Assembly (NCBI GenBank): GCA_963733055.1
Contig: CAVTBR010000002.1
Location: forward strand, 416,001-480,000
DNA from: Candidatus Bathyarchaeota archaeon
GTDB lineage: Archaea > Thermoproteota > Bathyarchaeia > 40CM-2-53-6
Direction: 5' to 3'
Length of the DNA: 64,000 nucleotides
Under the pieces are notes generated by a model. That model saw only the letters and a list, made by a program, of their open reading frames with translations. It ran no database searches and was not told the origin of the DNA. Both the position numbers and the translations under genes were made by a program. This document shows, in pieces, positions 19,145 to 28,887 of this stretch; position 1 is the first letter of the stretch, and each line of letters starts with the position of its first letter.

Positions 19145-20371
19145 ATGTTCCATACGACAGCCCAAAACATAGCCGAATGTGATGTATCGTTGATACGCAG
19201 AGTTACGACACTTCATACGAACTTTGCGGGGTTTGCGGCATCATTTGGTCCAGCATGGCTTGTGATGATTGCCGACGTTGACGCGGCAAGCATCATTACA
19301 GCTGCCGAGACCGGCGCCATATTCCACTACGGCCTGATCTGGCTCCTACTTCTCCTCACCATTCCCCTCTTTTTCATCCAGGAAGCCTCAGGCAGGATAG
19401 GGGTTGTTACCCACAAGGGCCTCGGCGAGATCATAAGAGAAAATTACTCTGCAAACCTCGCGCTATTTGCAGCCCTGCCGATGGCTTTGACCGACATCCT
19501 GACGTACATTGCGGAATATTTGGGAATCGCAATTGGCCTTGGAATCTTAGGCGTGCCTCCACTACTCTCAGTATTGTTGGCATATGTGGTGCACGTTCTC
19601 GTAGTATACAGAAGAAAGTATTCGACCGCGGAGAAAATCATGTTGGCAATATCGGTGGTCATGCTTCTATCATACGTCGGTTCATTGTTAATGCAAGGAA
19701 CGCTGCATTACTCTCCGTTCTACATCTCCGGGGACCCGCGCTTTCTATTTCTCGTCGCGGCCAACGTGGGGGCTGTTATAATGCCTTTCATGCTCTTCTT
19801 TCAGGCGTCGGCGACGGCTGAAAAGAAAGCTGGGAGCGTTCGGTCTTCACGACTGGAAACACTTGGAGGGGCAATTGTCAGCGAAGCGCTGATGGTGATA
19901 ATCGTAATGGTGAGTGCAGGGCTTGATCCGATCGTGAATTTCACTTCCCCCGGAGAACTATCAACCGCTCTTTCAGCTGTAGCCGGGCAATACGCGCCGG
20001 TGCTATTCGGAATCGGACTTGCTGCCGCGGCCTTCCTCGCGTTAATGGCAATCTCATTCGGCAGTGCGTGGGGCGTCGTTGAAGCATTGGGTTGGGGCAG
20101 AACCCGTGCGTTCCCAGTTTATTTTCTTGAATCAATTCCTGCGGTGTTGATTGCGCTTGTGTTGACCGCGAACCTGTTGAACGCGATTCTGACGTTAATG
20201 GTGGTTTTCGTTTTTGTTCTCGTTGGACCGGCGGTTATGATGGGCAAGATTGCGTCGGATAAACGAGTGATGGGCGAATCGGCTTCCAAAGGTCTGTGGA
20301 AGTATGCTTACTGGTTTAGCCTCGCGTCCGTCGTTGGATTGGGCATCGTGTCTGTGGCATTTACCTTATGA
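19145..20371 (+). CDS. NRAMP-family divalent metal transporter (non-canonical DVDAAS motif)
   Basis: GPAWLVMIADVDAAS, QEASGRIGVVTHKGL, GAVIMPF. Confidence 0.85.
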   Translation: MFHTTAQNIAECDVSLIRRVTTLHTNFAGFAASFGPAWLVMIADVDAASIITAAETGAIFHYGLIWLLLLLTIPLFFIQEASGRIGVVTHKGLGEIIRENYSANLALFAALPMALTDILTYIAEYLGIAIGLGILGVPPLLSVLLAYVVHVLVVYRRKYSTAEKIMLAISVVMLLSYVGSLLMQGTLHYSPFYISGDPRFLFLVAANVGAVIMPFMLFFQASATAEKKAGSVRSSRLETLGGAIVSEALMVIIVMVSAGLDPIVNFTSPGELSTALSAVAGQYAPVLFGIGLAAAAFLALMAISFGSAWGVVEALGWGRTRAFPVYFLESIPAVLIALVLTANLLNAILTLMVVFVFVLVGPAVMMGKIASDKRVMGESASKGLWKYAYWFSLASVVGLGIVSVAFTL

Positions 20372-21166
20372 TTGCATTTGTTTATGGAGGAAGTTCAGGA
20401 GATGAGTGTTGAATGTTGTCGGGTTTTCCATATTGGTCATATGACCTGCTTGCGGTATGATGTGTAATTCTGAGTTCGGAATCAGCGACTGCATTCTCCG
20501 AGAATGTTCTGGGGGTGCGATCGTATCTTGTTCACCAACCAAGATAAGCGTCGGAACTGCTATTTTGGGAAGGAATGATGTCGTATCAGTTCTACCGGCA
20601 AGGGCAAGCAAGGTGCCGCACAGGCCTAGAACTTTATTTTGCCGAATAATTTTCGCCATCGTTTCGACAAGGGTCAGATCTCTTAATGAGCTGGGGGAGA
20701 GGGCTCCTTTCAGGAAAGCCTGCGCATACACGTCGAGCCCATTCTTCTTGATCGCTTTGATAGCGGCGCCGCGAGCCAGTTTCGTTTCATTTGAGTCTGC
20801 CTCAGGTTTGGTATCGCAGAGAACCATACCGCTTACACGTTCCGTGTTTCGGACCACTGCACGCAAGGATACGTAACCGCCCATAGAAAGCCCACAAAGA
20901 ATCGTCCGGTCAATCTTCAGGTGGTCTAGTAAGGCGATGAGGTCGTCTACCAAGAACTCGAGCGTGAACTGCCCGTCGCCCACCTCACTCCTCCCCTGTC
21001 CACGCAAGTCACACGCAACCACACGGTTGACCTTCTTCAGGACCTCGATCTGATTGGCCCACATCTCATGACTCAGTGGGAAACCGTGAATCAAGACGAT
21101 TGGGGGACCGGAGGTTTGACCTACGTCAATATAGTATAGCGTAGTTCCATTCGATGAAAACTGCAT
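20366..21166 (-). CDS. alpha/beta hydrolase (PcaD-like)
   Basis: HGFP, DLRGQG, GLSMGG, GEQD, AGHMTN. Confidence 0.9.
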   Translation of the reverse strand: MQFSSNGTTLYYIDVGQTSGPPIVLIHGFPLSHEMWANQIEVLKKVNRVVACDLRGQGRSEVGDGQFTLEFLVDDLIALLDHLKIDRTILCGLSMGGYVSLRAVVRNTERVSGMVLCDTKPEADSNETKLARGAAIKAIKKNGLDVYAQAFLKGALSPSSLRDLTLVETMAKIIRQNKVLGLCGTLLALAGRTDTTSFLPKIAVPTLILVGEQDTIAPPEHSRRMQSLIPNSELHIIPQAGHMTNMENPTTFNTHLLNFLHKQMQS

Positions 21167-21297
21167 AAGCCCCTACCGTCTGAAGCCCTGTATCCACATG
21201 AGAACTTCTTAAGAATCACCAATCAAAGCGTTACCATACCGCTCGCTGATGCTGAGGCTCCTATCGATTAAGAAGGCTAACGAGTTAGAATGAAACC

Positions 21298-21747
21298 TTG
21301 AAAAAACGGCTTGTCTTCGTCGCATTGGTGATCGTTGTTCTTGCGGTTTCTGTCTCGCTTGGTTACTATCTGTATGAACAACCCAGGCCAACGAGAATCA
21401 TGTTTGCGGGCGTGATCCTGACGGTAGATCTAGCAACAACCTCTCAGGAACAGCAGATGGGTCTCTCGAATCGCACTTCGATGCCTGCTGACCGCGGAAT
21501 GCTCTTCGTATTCAACCAAGAAGGCCAGTGGAGTTTCTGGATGCACGAGATGAACTTCCCGTTAGACATAATCTGGTTCAATGCTAACAGACAGGTCGTC
21601 TTCATCGAGCAGAACCTGCCGCCCTGCACGCCTCAAGCGTGCCCTATCTTCACGCCGCCCGCCAACGCCATGTATGTCCTAGAAGTTAATGCGGGCTTCG
21701 TAAAAGCAAACGGCGTTTCAGTTGGAGAAAGTTTTGCTTTCGTTTAG
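21298..21747 (+). CDS. DUF192 family protein
   Basis: GLSNR..GMLFVF..FWMHEMNFPLDIIW..YVLEVNAG. Confidence 0.9.
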   Translation: MKKRLVFVALVIVVLAVSVSLGYYLYEQPRPTRIMFAGVILTVDLATTSQEQQMGLSNRTSMPADRGMLFVFNQEGQWSFWMHEMNFPLDIIWFNANRQVVFIEQNLPPCTPQACPIFTPPANAMYVLEVNAGFVKANGVSVGESFAFV

Positions 21748-22217
21748 GCCTGGCTTGTCTGGCCAGAAAAAACATACGTAGTTACAGTCGTAGTCGTTAT
21801 CGGAAAACCAAGTGTAGGTTGAGATTGAGAAGGTTGGGAACAGGCCTTCTCAACGTAATCCACTAGCCCGTAGCCTGGGTAGTCGATAAATCGCTTTTCA
21901 AGCCTAGAGTAGAACCGCTTCGCGATAGCCCTCTCGATCGTTGTCCCACCCTTCCCAAAGTTGTCTTGAAGGATCTGACAGAATTCACTTAACTTCTGCG
22001 GCATCTCCTCCCTAGCCATGTAACATTTCCTCGCCAAATGGTCGTAAATTGCCTCTCTCGCACGTCGCCCAAGTAAGTCAGCGAGGGTTTGATCAATGGA
22101 TTCCAAGAGCATGTGTTCGATGTCTTTTGATTTGATTTCGGAAGCGTTTATTCGGATACAAGCACCGGATTCAGCATTTGCCGGCTCTGTCTCCAAGTCG
22201 CGTTCAGTGTCTAACAT
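21744..22217 (-). CDS. conserved archaeal helical domain protein (DUF3227-like)
   Basis: LLESIDQTLADLLG..AIYDHL..FGKGGTTIERAIAKRFYSRL; ATG 22217 avoids overlap with the divergent gene. Confidence 0.6.
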   Translation of the reverse strand: MLDTERDLETEPANAESGACIRINASEIKSKDIEHMLLESIDQTLADLLGRRAREAIYDHLARKCYMAREEMPQKLSEFCQILQDNFGKGGTTIERAIAKRFYSRLEKRFIDYPGYGLVDYVEKACSQPSQSQPTLGFPITTTTVTTYVFSGQTSQA

Positions 22218-22358
22218 GGGCGTTTCAAAGGGGGTAGGAGGAGACAGCTGATTTAAGCGGATTAGCCTATTTTCAGGTCCTAAGGGCGATATCTCTAAAC
22301 TAATCAGCGTTTTACTGCATGGAAGCGCATATACCGTATATGGAGGCATGCGAGGGCA

Positions 22359-23465
22359 GTGAATGGCGATTTGAATCAATATTCCGTTAGACTTGCCAAA
22401 TTGCAGGAGAAGGCTCGTGAAAACCTTCTCGATGGCGTAATTCTTGTTCCTGGACAAAACCTGACGTACTACACGGGAGGGAAATCTTTCCTATTTGAGA
22501 GGCCCTTCTTCATGGCAGTGCCGGCAGAGGGCGAGCCACACCTAGTAACGCCCACACTCGAATCAGGCCCATATCTGAGGTCACCCCTGAAGATTATCAT
22601 CCACAGTTGGACCGATGCCGATGGCCCTTCGAAATCGATTGAAGAGACCGTGAGTCAACTCAAGCTGAACGGTAAATGGGGGCTGGAGGGGGACATGCCT
22701 TACCGGTATATCGATGAACTTCTCAAATTTGCGCAACCTCAGTTTGAAAACGCCGAACCTCTGCTGCAGAACCTTAGAGCCGTCAAAGACGCGCGGGAGG
22801 CGGAGTTGCTAACGCGCTCGGCGAAGATCATATCCAAATCATTCCTAAAGATTCCACGCATGCTGAAAGCAGGAATTAGCGAACTGGAACTCGCGCATAG
22901 GATTGCGGCTGAGATGCGGGCAAACGGCGCAGAAACTACCCCTGAAGTTCTGGTTCAATCAGGCCCGATGGCTGCCGATGGGCACCATATGGCATCTGAG
23001 CGGAAACTGAGGCGAAAGGAGAGCATAGTTATCGATGCAACCTGCACGTATGGCGGCTATTTTGCCGATATAACGCGAACGTTCATGATAGGTAAGGATC
23101 CCGCCTTCGAACGGCTATACGAGAGCGTGCTCAAAGCCCAAATCGATGCAATTCACGCGTCTCGCGCTGGAGTAACATCAGGCTCTATAGACGAAGCTGC
23201 CAGATCGGATCTTCGCAGGGAAGGCCTGGACGAATATTTCGTTCATCGAACTGGCCATGGACTGGGTCTGGAAGTTCACGAGGCCCCGTACATAGCCCCG
23301 GGCGGGACCGAGATAATCCGACCAGGCATGGCGTTTACGATTGAACCCGGAGCCTACATGCAAGGGAAGACTGGAATCAGAATTGAAGACGACCTGATAT
23401 CCACCGAGCAAAGCAGTAAAGTGTTGACCAAGTCGGTTCCAAAGGGATTCGGATGGTGGAACTGA
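22359..23465 (+). CDS. Xaa-Pro peptidase (M24B)
   Basis: DITRT, HRTGHGLGLEVHE, TIEPG, GIRIED. Confidence 0.95.
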   Translation: MNGDLNQYSVRLAKLQEKARENLLDGVILVPGQNLTYYTGGKSFLFERPFFMAVPAEGEPHLVTPTLESGPYLRSPLKIIIHSWTDADGPSKSIEETVSQLKLNGKWGLEGDMPYRYIDELLKFAQPQFENAEPLLQNLRAVKDAREAELLTRSAKIISKSFLKIPRMLKAGISELELAHRIAAEMRANGAETTPEVLVQSGPMAADGHHMASERKLRRKESIVIDATCTYGGYFADITRTFMIGKDPAFERLYESVLKAQIDAIHASRAGVTSGSIDEAARSDLRREGLDEYFVHRTGHGLGLEVHEAPYIAPGGTEIIRPGMAFTIEPGAYMQGKTGIRIEDDLISTEQSSKVLTKSVPKGFGWWN

Positions 23466-23496
23466 CAAACAAGGCGGAGGAAAAGATCGGCAAGCG

Positions 23497-24351
23497 TCAT
23501 TGGTCAGTCGCGGCGAGAATGCAACTGAGGCATTCCTGCCTTCCGCAGGTAAGTCCCATTGGATCTTCGTGAAGGACTTTCTCAGCGGCCTGAACCAATC
23601 CCCGCATTGAATAGAGCATAGCCGTCGCCGACCCGATCTGAGTCTCCTTGAGCTTCGCCGAGCTCAGACGTGGCGCCAGTTTGTCGAAGCCTCCAGCGCA
23701 ACCCATAGCGATCACGTCAACCCATTCTTGTCCCTTCGAAGTAACTGTAAGAGAACGTTCCTTAACGAACTTCGATGGAGCAAGCCGCTGCTCTGCGATA
23801 TGAATCGCAGAAACCGAATCCAGCCCGACCCCAACGGTCAGAACAGCTGGATCTTCTTTTAGAAAAGCCTTGAGAGGCCAAAGTGGATCAGCGACGGAAT
23901 ATTCACGAACTAACTTGTCCGAATTTTCTCCGACCGCTACAAAAGAATACGCAGGGTGTTTGCTCCTTCTCGATGAGGGCCAACTGCATAATCGATACGC
24001 AATTTCGCCCATGTCTTTGTCAGGTTGCAATTCGGAGATGAATGGTAGGTGGCGACTCTCTCGTCCTTCGCACCAACATCCCGCTTTGGTGTAATTATCG
24101 TGTGTCGATCCATGCCGAGTTAATGAAGTGAAAGTTGGCATGATCAGGATGCCATCCTTGCCAAGATTCCTCAGCAATCGGTGTAAAACCATCGCAGCCC
24201 CGCCATCAACGTCTCCCATACTCTCCAACGAGGCGTGCATCACAATGCGATCTCCTTCCCCTAATCCGAGGCGACGAAATCCATCGCTCAAGTCATCGGG
24301 TAGAACCCGCCGCCGCTCCCCCGATCCGTCACCTGTTCCATGATCACTCAA
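23497..24351 (-). CDS. AAC(3)/YokD-family N-acetyltransferase
   Basis: LGLGEGDRIVMHASL, GILIMPTFT, RSKHPAYSFVAVG, SAIHIAE. Confidence 0.8.
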   Translation of the reverse strand: MSDHGTGDGSGERRRVLPDDLSDGFRRLGLGEGDRIVMHASLESMGDVDGGAAMVLHRLLRNLGKDGILIMPTFTSLTRHGSTHDNYTKAGCWCEGRESRHLPFISELQPDKDMGEIAYRLCSWPSSRRSKHPAYSFVAVGENSDKLVREYSVADPLWPLKAFLKEDPAVLTVGVGLDSVSAIHIAEQRLAPSKFVKERSLTVTSKGQEWVDVIAMGCAGGFDKLAPRLSSAKLKETQIGSATAMLYSMRGLVQAAEKVLHEDPMGLTCGRQECLSCILAATDQ

Positions 24352-24965
24352 TGTTTGACCCCAACCTTTTCGGTCCTGGGTAAGACCATCATTATTTCGG
24401 AAGGATCGCCAATCGCCAAGTAGTGCCCTTCTCCGTATTGTTTAGCTACCATGGCGCAGTTTATCGCGTCCAATTCATCACCCGTTAGGTTCCTAGTCAA
24501 AATATCTCCGCTGCAACCCATCTTCTTCAATGACTCCTGCAACTCTCCTAATCCGTATTGTTTTCTTGGAATCCCGAGTAGATCTTGAGCAGCACCGGGA
24601 TACGTTTCGACCGCGTCAATGTGAAGTCGCTGAATTTGCCGAAAAAGCCGCATACCGCGCGCTGTAAGCGTCCTCATCGGACCGAGCGTAATTGGGAAGA
24701 ACCGGATGCCCATTTCTCTTAATACGAGGTCACAGGCTCGAAAGTGTGAACGGCCTCTACAATGTTCCCCTAAACAGTGTCTGCCAAGGGGGAGAGCTAG
24801 CGGTGCATCAATCGCAACGACCTTCGTCCCACTTCTCTTAACGATGGAAAGAATCTCTGCGTCTGAGTGAACAACGGAACAGGTTACCCTTAACTTCTGG
24901 TTGATTATGCACGCCCCCGTTGGGCGAGTGTTCACACCGGCCAAATCCAAACCGAGATACTTCAC
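24348..24965 (-). CDS. DUF429 family protein (predicted RNase H-like nuclease)
   Basis: YLGLDLA, VAIDAPL, ETYPGA, DELDA. Confidence 0.85.
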   Translation of the reverse strand: MKYLGLDLAGVNTRPTGACIINQKLRVTCSVVHSDAEILSIVKRSGTKVVAIDAPLALPLGRHCLGEHCRGRSHFRACDLVLREMGIRFFPITLGPMRTLTARGMRLFRQIQRLHIDAVETYPGAAQDLLGIPRKQYGLGELQESLKKMGCSGDILTRNLTGDELDAINCAMVAKQYGEGHYLAIGDPSEIMMVLPRTEKVGVKH

Positions 24966-25006
24966 GCTTCACAGACCTCGATTGAACTTTTCACAACACG
25001 TTCTGA

Positions 25007-25636
25007 TTAAAGTGCCACCAAGATTGCGAGCCCGAGCAGAATGAGAGCAGGCAGAATACGTTGAATACGGGAAACGATCGAGCGTTTCCTAAGCGAGTCC
25101 CCCACGCGCCCTGCCAAAGTCGCCGCTAGCATGTTCACGCTCGTTCCTGACGTATCGAACATTAAACCCAACAGAACCAGTTGAAGTGTGACTTGGCCTT
25201 TGGATTGGTCGACGAACTGGGGAAGGAAGGCTAGGAAGAAAAGCGCGACCTTAGGGTTCAGCAGGTTGGTCGTTACTCCTTGACGAAAGACTGTGTGAAG
25301 AGGGATATGAACGGGCCGACCTTCCGCCACACCTTGCGTTTTCACAGCTTTTGCGAATAACATACGAAACCCGAGGTACGCGAGGTAAAGGGCTCCCGCG
25401 TACCTGATTGCGTTGAACAATACTGGCAACGAAAGCAACAGGGCAGAAAGACCTAGCGCAGTGACAAGCGTATAGACTAAAGTCCCTACGCCAATTCCCA
25501 ACGCAGACACGATTCCAGCCCACCTCCCTTGCCCCAAGCTCCGAGAGATTACGTAAAGCATGTCGGGCCCGGGGGAGAGGTTCAAGGCTAATGCAGCCGC
25601 CAAGAATAGCACAAGCGGCGCCCCTGTCTGCAACAC
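25007..25636 (-). CDS. LysE/RhtB family translocator
   Basis: SPGPDMLYVI, GALYLAYLG, NLLNPKVALFF. Confidence 0.9.
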   Translation of the reverse strand: MLQTGAPLVLFLAAALALNLSPGPDMLYVISRSLGQGRWAGIVSALGIGVGTLVYTLVTALGLSALLLSLPVLFNAIRYAGALYLAYLGFRMLFAKAVKTQGVAEGRPVHIPLHTVFRQGVTTNLLNPKVALFFLAFLPQFVDQSKGQVTLQLVLLGLMFDTSGTSVNMLAATLAGRVGDSLRKRSIVSRIQRILPALILLGLAILVAL

Positions 25637-25863
25637 CGTAATCCCCGTCCAAGAATGACCATCAACGTCAGATTATAGATAGCATCCCATGCTGGTGTAA
25701 CCATCTACCCTATGACGTTCGAGATTCCACCCGATCTGCTAATATGATTCAGAATTGACTGCTAGCCATGATCCTGACCCTATTTTTCGATGGCTGTGTT
25801 CAATTCCCGCAAAGAGGAATCGTCTTTTTGCGGGCGGTGGTGTCGAACTTTTAATGCCTGAGA

Positions 25864-26223
25864 TTGAAGCTGCCCTTATTTGCCGTGCCCCGATTGGACA
25901 ACAGTGGCTTAGCAACATTATTGGTTAGCCAAGTTGGCTTTGGGGGAACATTGGGGTTTCTGTTAGGCTACGGTTTGAAGAAAGTAGCCGCGATAGTCCT
26001 CAAGATCGTCGCCCTCATCTCAGGACTCTTCATGCTGGGCCTTACATGGCTGGCGTCGATAGGAGTCATCACGGTTAACTTTAACGTGTTTGCCAACGCC
26101 GCGGGCAACACATTTGCCAATTCGCTGACGGCAATCGTCGGTTCTGTTGCATTCATCGCCCAAGTTTTTCCAATGGGCGGTAGCTTCGGACTGGGCTTCT
26201 ATCTAGGAGCGAAGAAAGGATAG
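25864..26223 (+). CDS. FUN14-family membrane protein
   Basis: QVGFGGTLGFLLGYGLKK..LASIGVITVNF..GSFGLGFYLG. Confidence 0.8.
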   Translation: MKLPLFAVPRLDNSGLATLLVSQVGFGGTLGFLLGYGLKKVAAIVLKIVALISGLFMLGLTWLASIGVITVNFNVFANAAGNTFANSLTAIVGSVAFIAQVFPMGGSFGLGFYLGAKKG

Positions 26224-26278
26224 TCCCCACTTCGCCCATCGAACTAACCACCCGCTAACGTCCGGACCTAGAACGTTG

Positions 26279-27169
26279 TTAAAGAAAGCGGCCGCTGGGT
26301 TTCAGTGTCAGGTATACGCCTCCCAATATGAGCACTGCACCTAGCCCTATGTTCGGATCCGGAACTTCTCCCAGCACCAACCATCCAAGCAATAACGCCA
26401 AAATCGGCGTGATGAACGCGAGGAGCGACGTATTGGTGGCTGTGGTTCGTGTAAGAAGCCAGTAAAGTCCGACAAATGCCAAGGCAGAACCAATGACGCC
26501 GAGGTATAGAATCGTCCCAATGGCAAGGATTGTGAAATGCATTGGGATACTCGATTCTGTTAGAAGACCTATTGCTGATAACGCTAGAGAGCAAATCGCG
26601 GATTGAACCAGTACATTCGCGGACGGGTCAATTTTGTTCGCATATCGTTTCGCCACAACATTAGCCAAAGCGGCTGATGCCGTGCTGCCTACCACCGCAA
26701 CGCTCCCGAGAAAAGAGGTACCGATGGCAAAGTTTTGAATTGCAATATCTCTCCAGAAAATGACGAGTAGGCCAGCGAACGATGCTACAATCCCCACAGT
26801 CTTCACTTGAGTTAATTTCTCGTTCGCAAGAAAGTCGGCGAATATTACGACGAAAAACGTGAGCGTGGCGAATAGAATCGCGGCTAGGCCGGAAGAAATG
26901 TACTGTTCCCCCCAGAACACGAGGCCATATGGAATGGTCAACTGGAAAATGCCCAGGAAGATCATCAAATACCAAGAAGACCGCGCGTGTGGCGTTCTGG
27001 CGTGAAGAAGCTTGGCGAGGAAGAACAACACGACCGTTGCCGCCGCGAATCGAAGCCCCGCGAACGTGAACGGGGGCAGGAAGTCCAGACCGATTTTGAT
27101 GCCAAGCCAAGTGGAACCCCAGATGATGCATAGAGCAGCAAACACCAAGGACGGCCCTTTGGACGACAT
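26279..27169 (-). CDS. EamA/DMT family transporter
   Basis: IIWGSTW start, two EamA repeats, about 10 TM helices. Confidence 0.9.
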   Translation of the reverse strand: MSSKGPSLVFAALCIIWGSTWLGIKIGLDFLPPFTFAGLRFAAATVVLFFLAKLLHARTPHARSSWYLMIFLGIFQLTIPYGLVFWGEQYISSGLAAILFATLTFFVVIFADFLANEKLTQVKTVGIVASFAGLLVIFWRDIAIQNFAIGTSFLGSVAVVGSTASAALANVVAKRYANKIDPSANVLVQSAICSLALSAIGLLTESSIPMHFTILAIGTILYLGVIGSALAFVGLYWLLTRTTATNTSLLAFITPILALLLGWLVLGEVPDPNIGLGAVLILGGVYLTLKPSGRFL

Positions 27170-27227
27170 CGATTGATTCTCGTCGGTCAGTACGGGGCCA
27201 TGGATTTGACGGTTGCGTGTGCTTGGT

Positions 27228-28376
27228 TTAGCCGAACCAAGCGTTCATCCGTTCATCAAGGAAGCGGTGCTTCTCGCGGAACCCTTCCGCGCTTGGTGGC
27301 GCGCCTTCCCATGTTGGATTCGGTTCTGCGTAGAAGCTGGCGCGTACCGGCGCGGCCTTGCCATCCCCTACCTCCATGAAACAGACGCCGTCCCCTCGAA
27401 ATTCTTCCCTTGCTTCGTCGCCTTCAATTTCATGAATCAAGTTTGCAGCGACCACCTTACCTTGTTCCTCAGCAAGGATTCCTGCGCGTGGAAGCATCGG
27501 CCCTTTCGGCGTTTTTGGGCCTGCAGAGTCGCCTATCGCGTACACTTGGGGAGTCGAGGTGGCCAACGTTCTAGCGTTGACAGGTATCCATCCTGACTGG
27601 TCAGTGAGGCCTGCCTCTCTGACGACTGACGGCGAAACATGTGTCGGGATGGCGAAGACGAAGTCATGTGAAAATTCCTTTCCACTCGCGGATAGGACTG
27701 CTTTTGATCGAATTTCTTTGACTTTCTCGGAGGGGTGATACTTTATTCCCCTTTCCTCAAGGAGACGGGTAACCATTGTTCCCGCTTCCGGGCCGAGAAG
27801 TGTTAAGGGATGAGGCTCCGGGGTGACCACTTGGAGTGTCACCTTCTCTCGCACTCCTCTCTTCCTGAGGACGTCGTCTATAATCATCGTTGACTCGTAG
27901 GGTGCGGGTGGGCATTTGAACGGCAAACCGCATACCAAGACTGTGATCGTGCCGGACGTTACTGAGCGTAGTTGATCTCTAATTTCTGCACATCCACTTT
28001 CGGTGTACAAATTCGTCGCGTACTTTGAGAACCCAGGCGTGGAATCTGGAGAATAGTCAGCGCCTAACGCGATTATTAGGTAGTCAAAGGTGAGCTTTCG
28101 TTTACCTACTGTCGCCTGCTTTGCTCCTACGTCAATCGACCTGACCTCTCCTTCGATGAAGTCTATTCCCTTCTTGGCAAGCAGTGTCCTATTTCCAGGG
28201 TTATCCCCAACCTGTCTTGTGCCGTTCAACACCCACGGCTTGGTAAGTCCCATGAAGAACAGTTGTTGTTTGTCGACGATCGTAATTCTATGCTCGGTCC
28301 CTAATCCCCTTCGAAGACCGTGCGCTGCGGTGAGGCCGCCGAACCCGGCCCCTAGGATTAGTATTTGCTTACCCAA
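27228..28376 (-). CDS. FAD-dependent oxidoreductase, sulfide:quinone oxidoreductase-like
   Basis: GAGFGG, DYLIIALG, KCPPAPYE, VYAIGD, C-terminal CFMEVG. Confidence 0.75.
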   Translation of the reverse strand: MGKQILILGAGFGGLTAAHGLRRGLGTEHRITIVDKQQLFFMGLTKPWVLNGTRQVGDNPGNRTLLAKKGIDFIEGEVRSIDVGAKQATVGKRKLTFDYLIIALGADYSPDSTPGFSKYATNLYTESGCAEIRDQLRSVTSGTITVLVCGLPFKCPPAPYESTMIIDDVLRKRGVREKVTLQVVTPEPHPLTLLGPEAGTMVTRLLEERGIKYHPSEKVKEIRSKAVLSASGKEFSHDFVFAIPTHVSPSVVREAGLTDQSGWIPVNARTLATSTPQVYAIGDSAGPKTPKGPMLPRAGILAEEQGKVVAANLIHEIEGDEAREEFRGDGVCFMEVGDGKAAPVRASFYAEPNPTWEGAPPSAEGFREKHRFLDERMNAWFG

Positions 28377-28425
28377 AGCGAGTCTACGCGCTAGGTGTTC
28401 CTAGACCTTAGAAAAGTTACTCGCT

Positions 28426-28641
28426 CTAAGGCTGATCCTCGTCAATCTGGCGAATATCGAATACAACGACTGAGACTCTTTTCCCGCATCCTCGTCTCCC
28501 GACCTTCGGGCAGAAGATGAAGTTCTCGAGGATCTGGCCGACATTGGTAATGGCTGAAGTATCAAACGCATCATATTTGCTGTCGAATTTCGCTTTGCAT
28601 TCCATGCATCTTAACCTTACATGGGCTGTCTGTTGACTCAT
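28426..28641 (-). CDS. small Cys4 zinc-ribbon-like protein
   Basis: CMEC and CPKVGRRGC; ATG near 28641. Confidence 0.5.
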   Translation of the reverse strand: MSQQTAHVRLRCMECKAKFDSKYDAFDTSAITNVGQILENFIFCPKVGRRGCGKRVSVVVFDIRQIDEDQP

Positions 28642-28739
28642 GCTTGATACTTCGCGCTTAGAAATCAGGTAAGGTGGGGGCAATTGAAAAGCTTTGGGTC
28701 GGTTTGCCGTGCGGAAGAGCTAGCCGCGGACCTAGCGGG

Positions 28740-28872
28740 TTAATTGACCCTCATTTTGAGGCTCACCAGAAGCTCTCCAACGCGCGCTAACATCGCCCTC
28801 AAACGGCCTCTCGTGCATCCGAACCCTATCCGTAAGTATTCGTCCATGTGGAACTGGTCGCCGGATGAGTGG
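28740..28872 (-). pseudogene. possible 3' remnant of a class I/II PLP aminotransferase gene
   Basis: manual translation GDQFHMDEYLRIGFGCTRGRLRAMLARVGELL resembles the PGxxF..YLRIGFG..L.R C-terminus. Confidence 0.4.
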
Positions 28873-28887
28873 GTGTTTGGTTTAACG

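Noticed and set aside
18970-19145. Metal-sensing riboswitch upstream of the NRAMP gene
   Set aside because: No recognisable yybP-ykoY or M-box consensus by eye; needs an Rfam scan.
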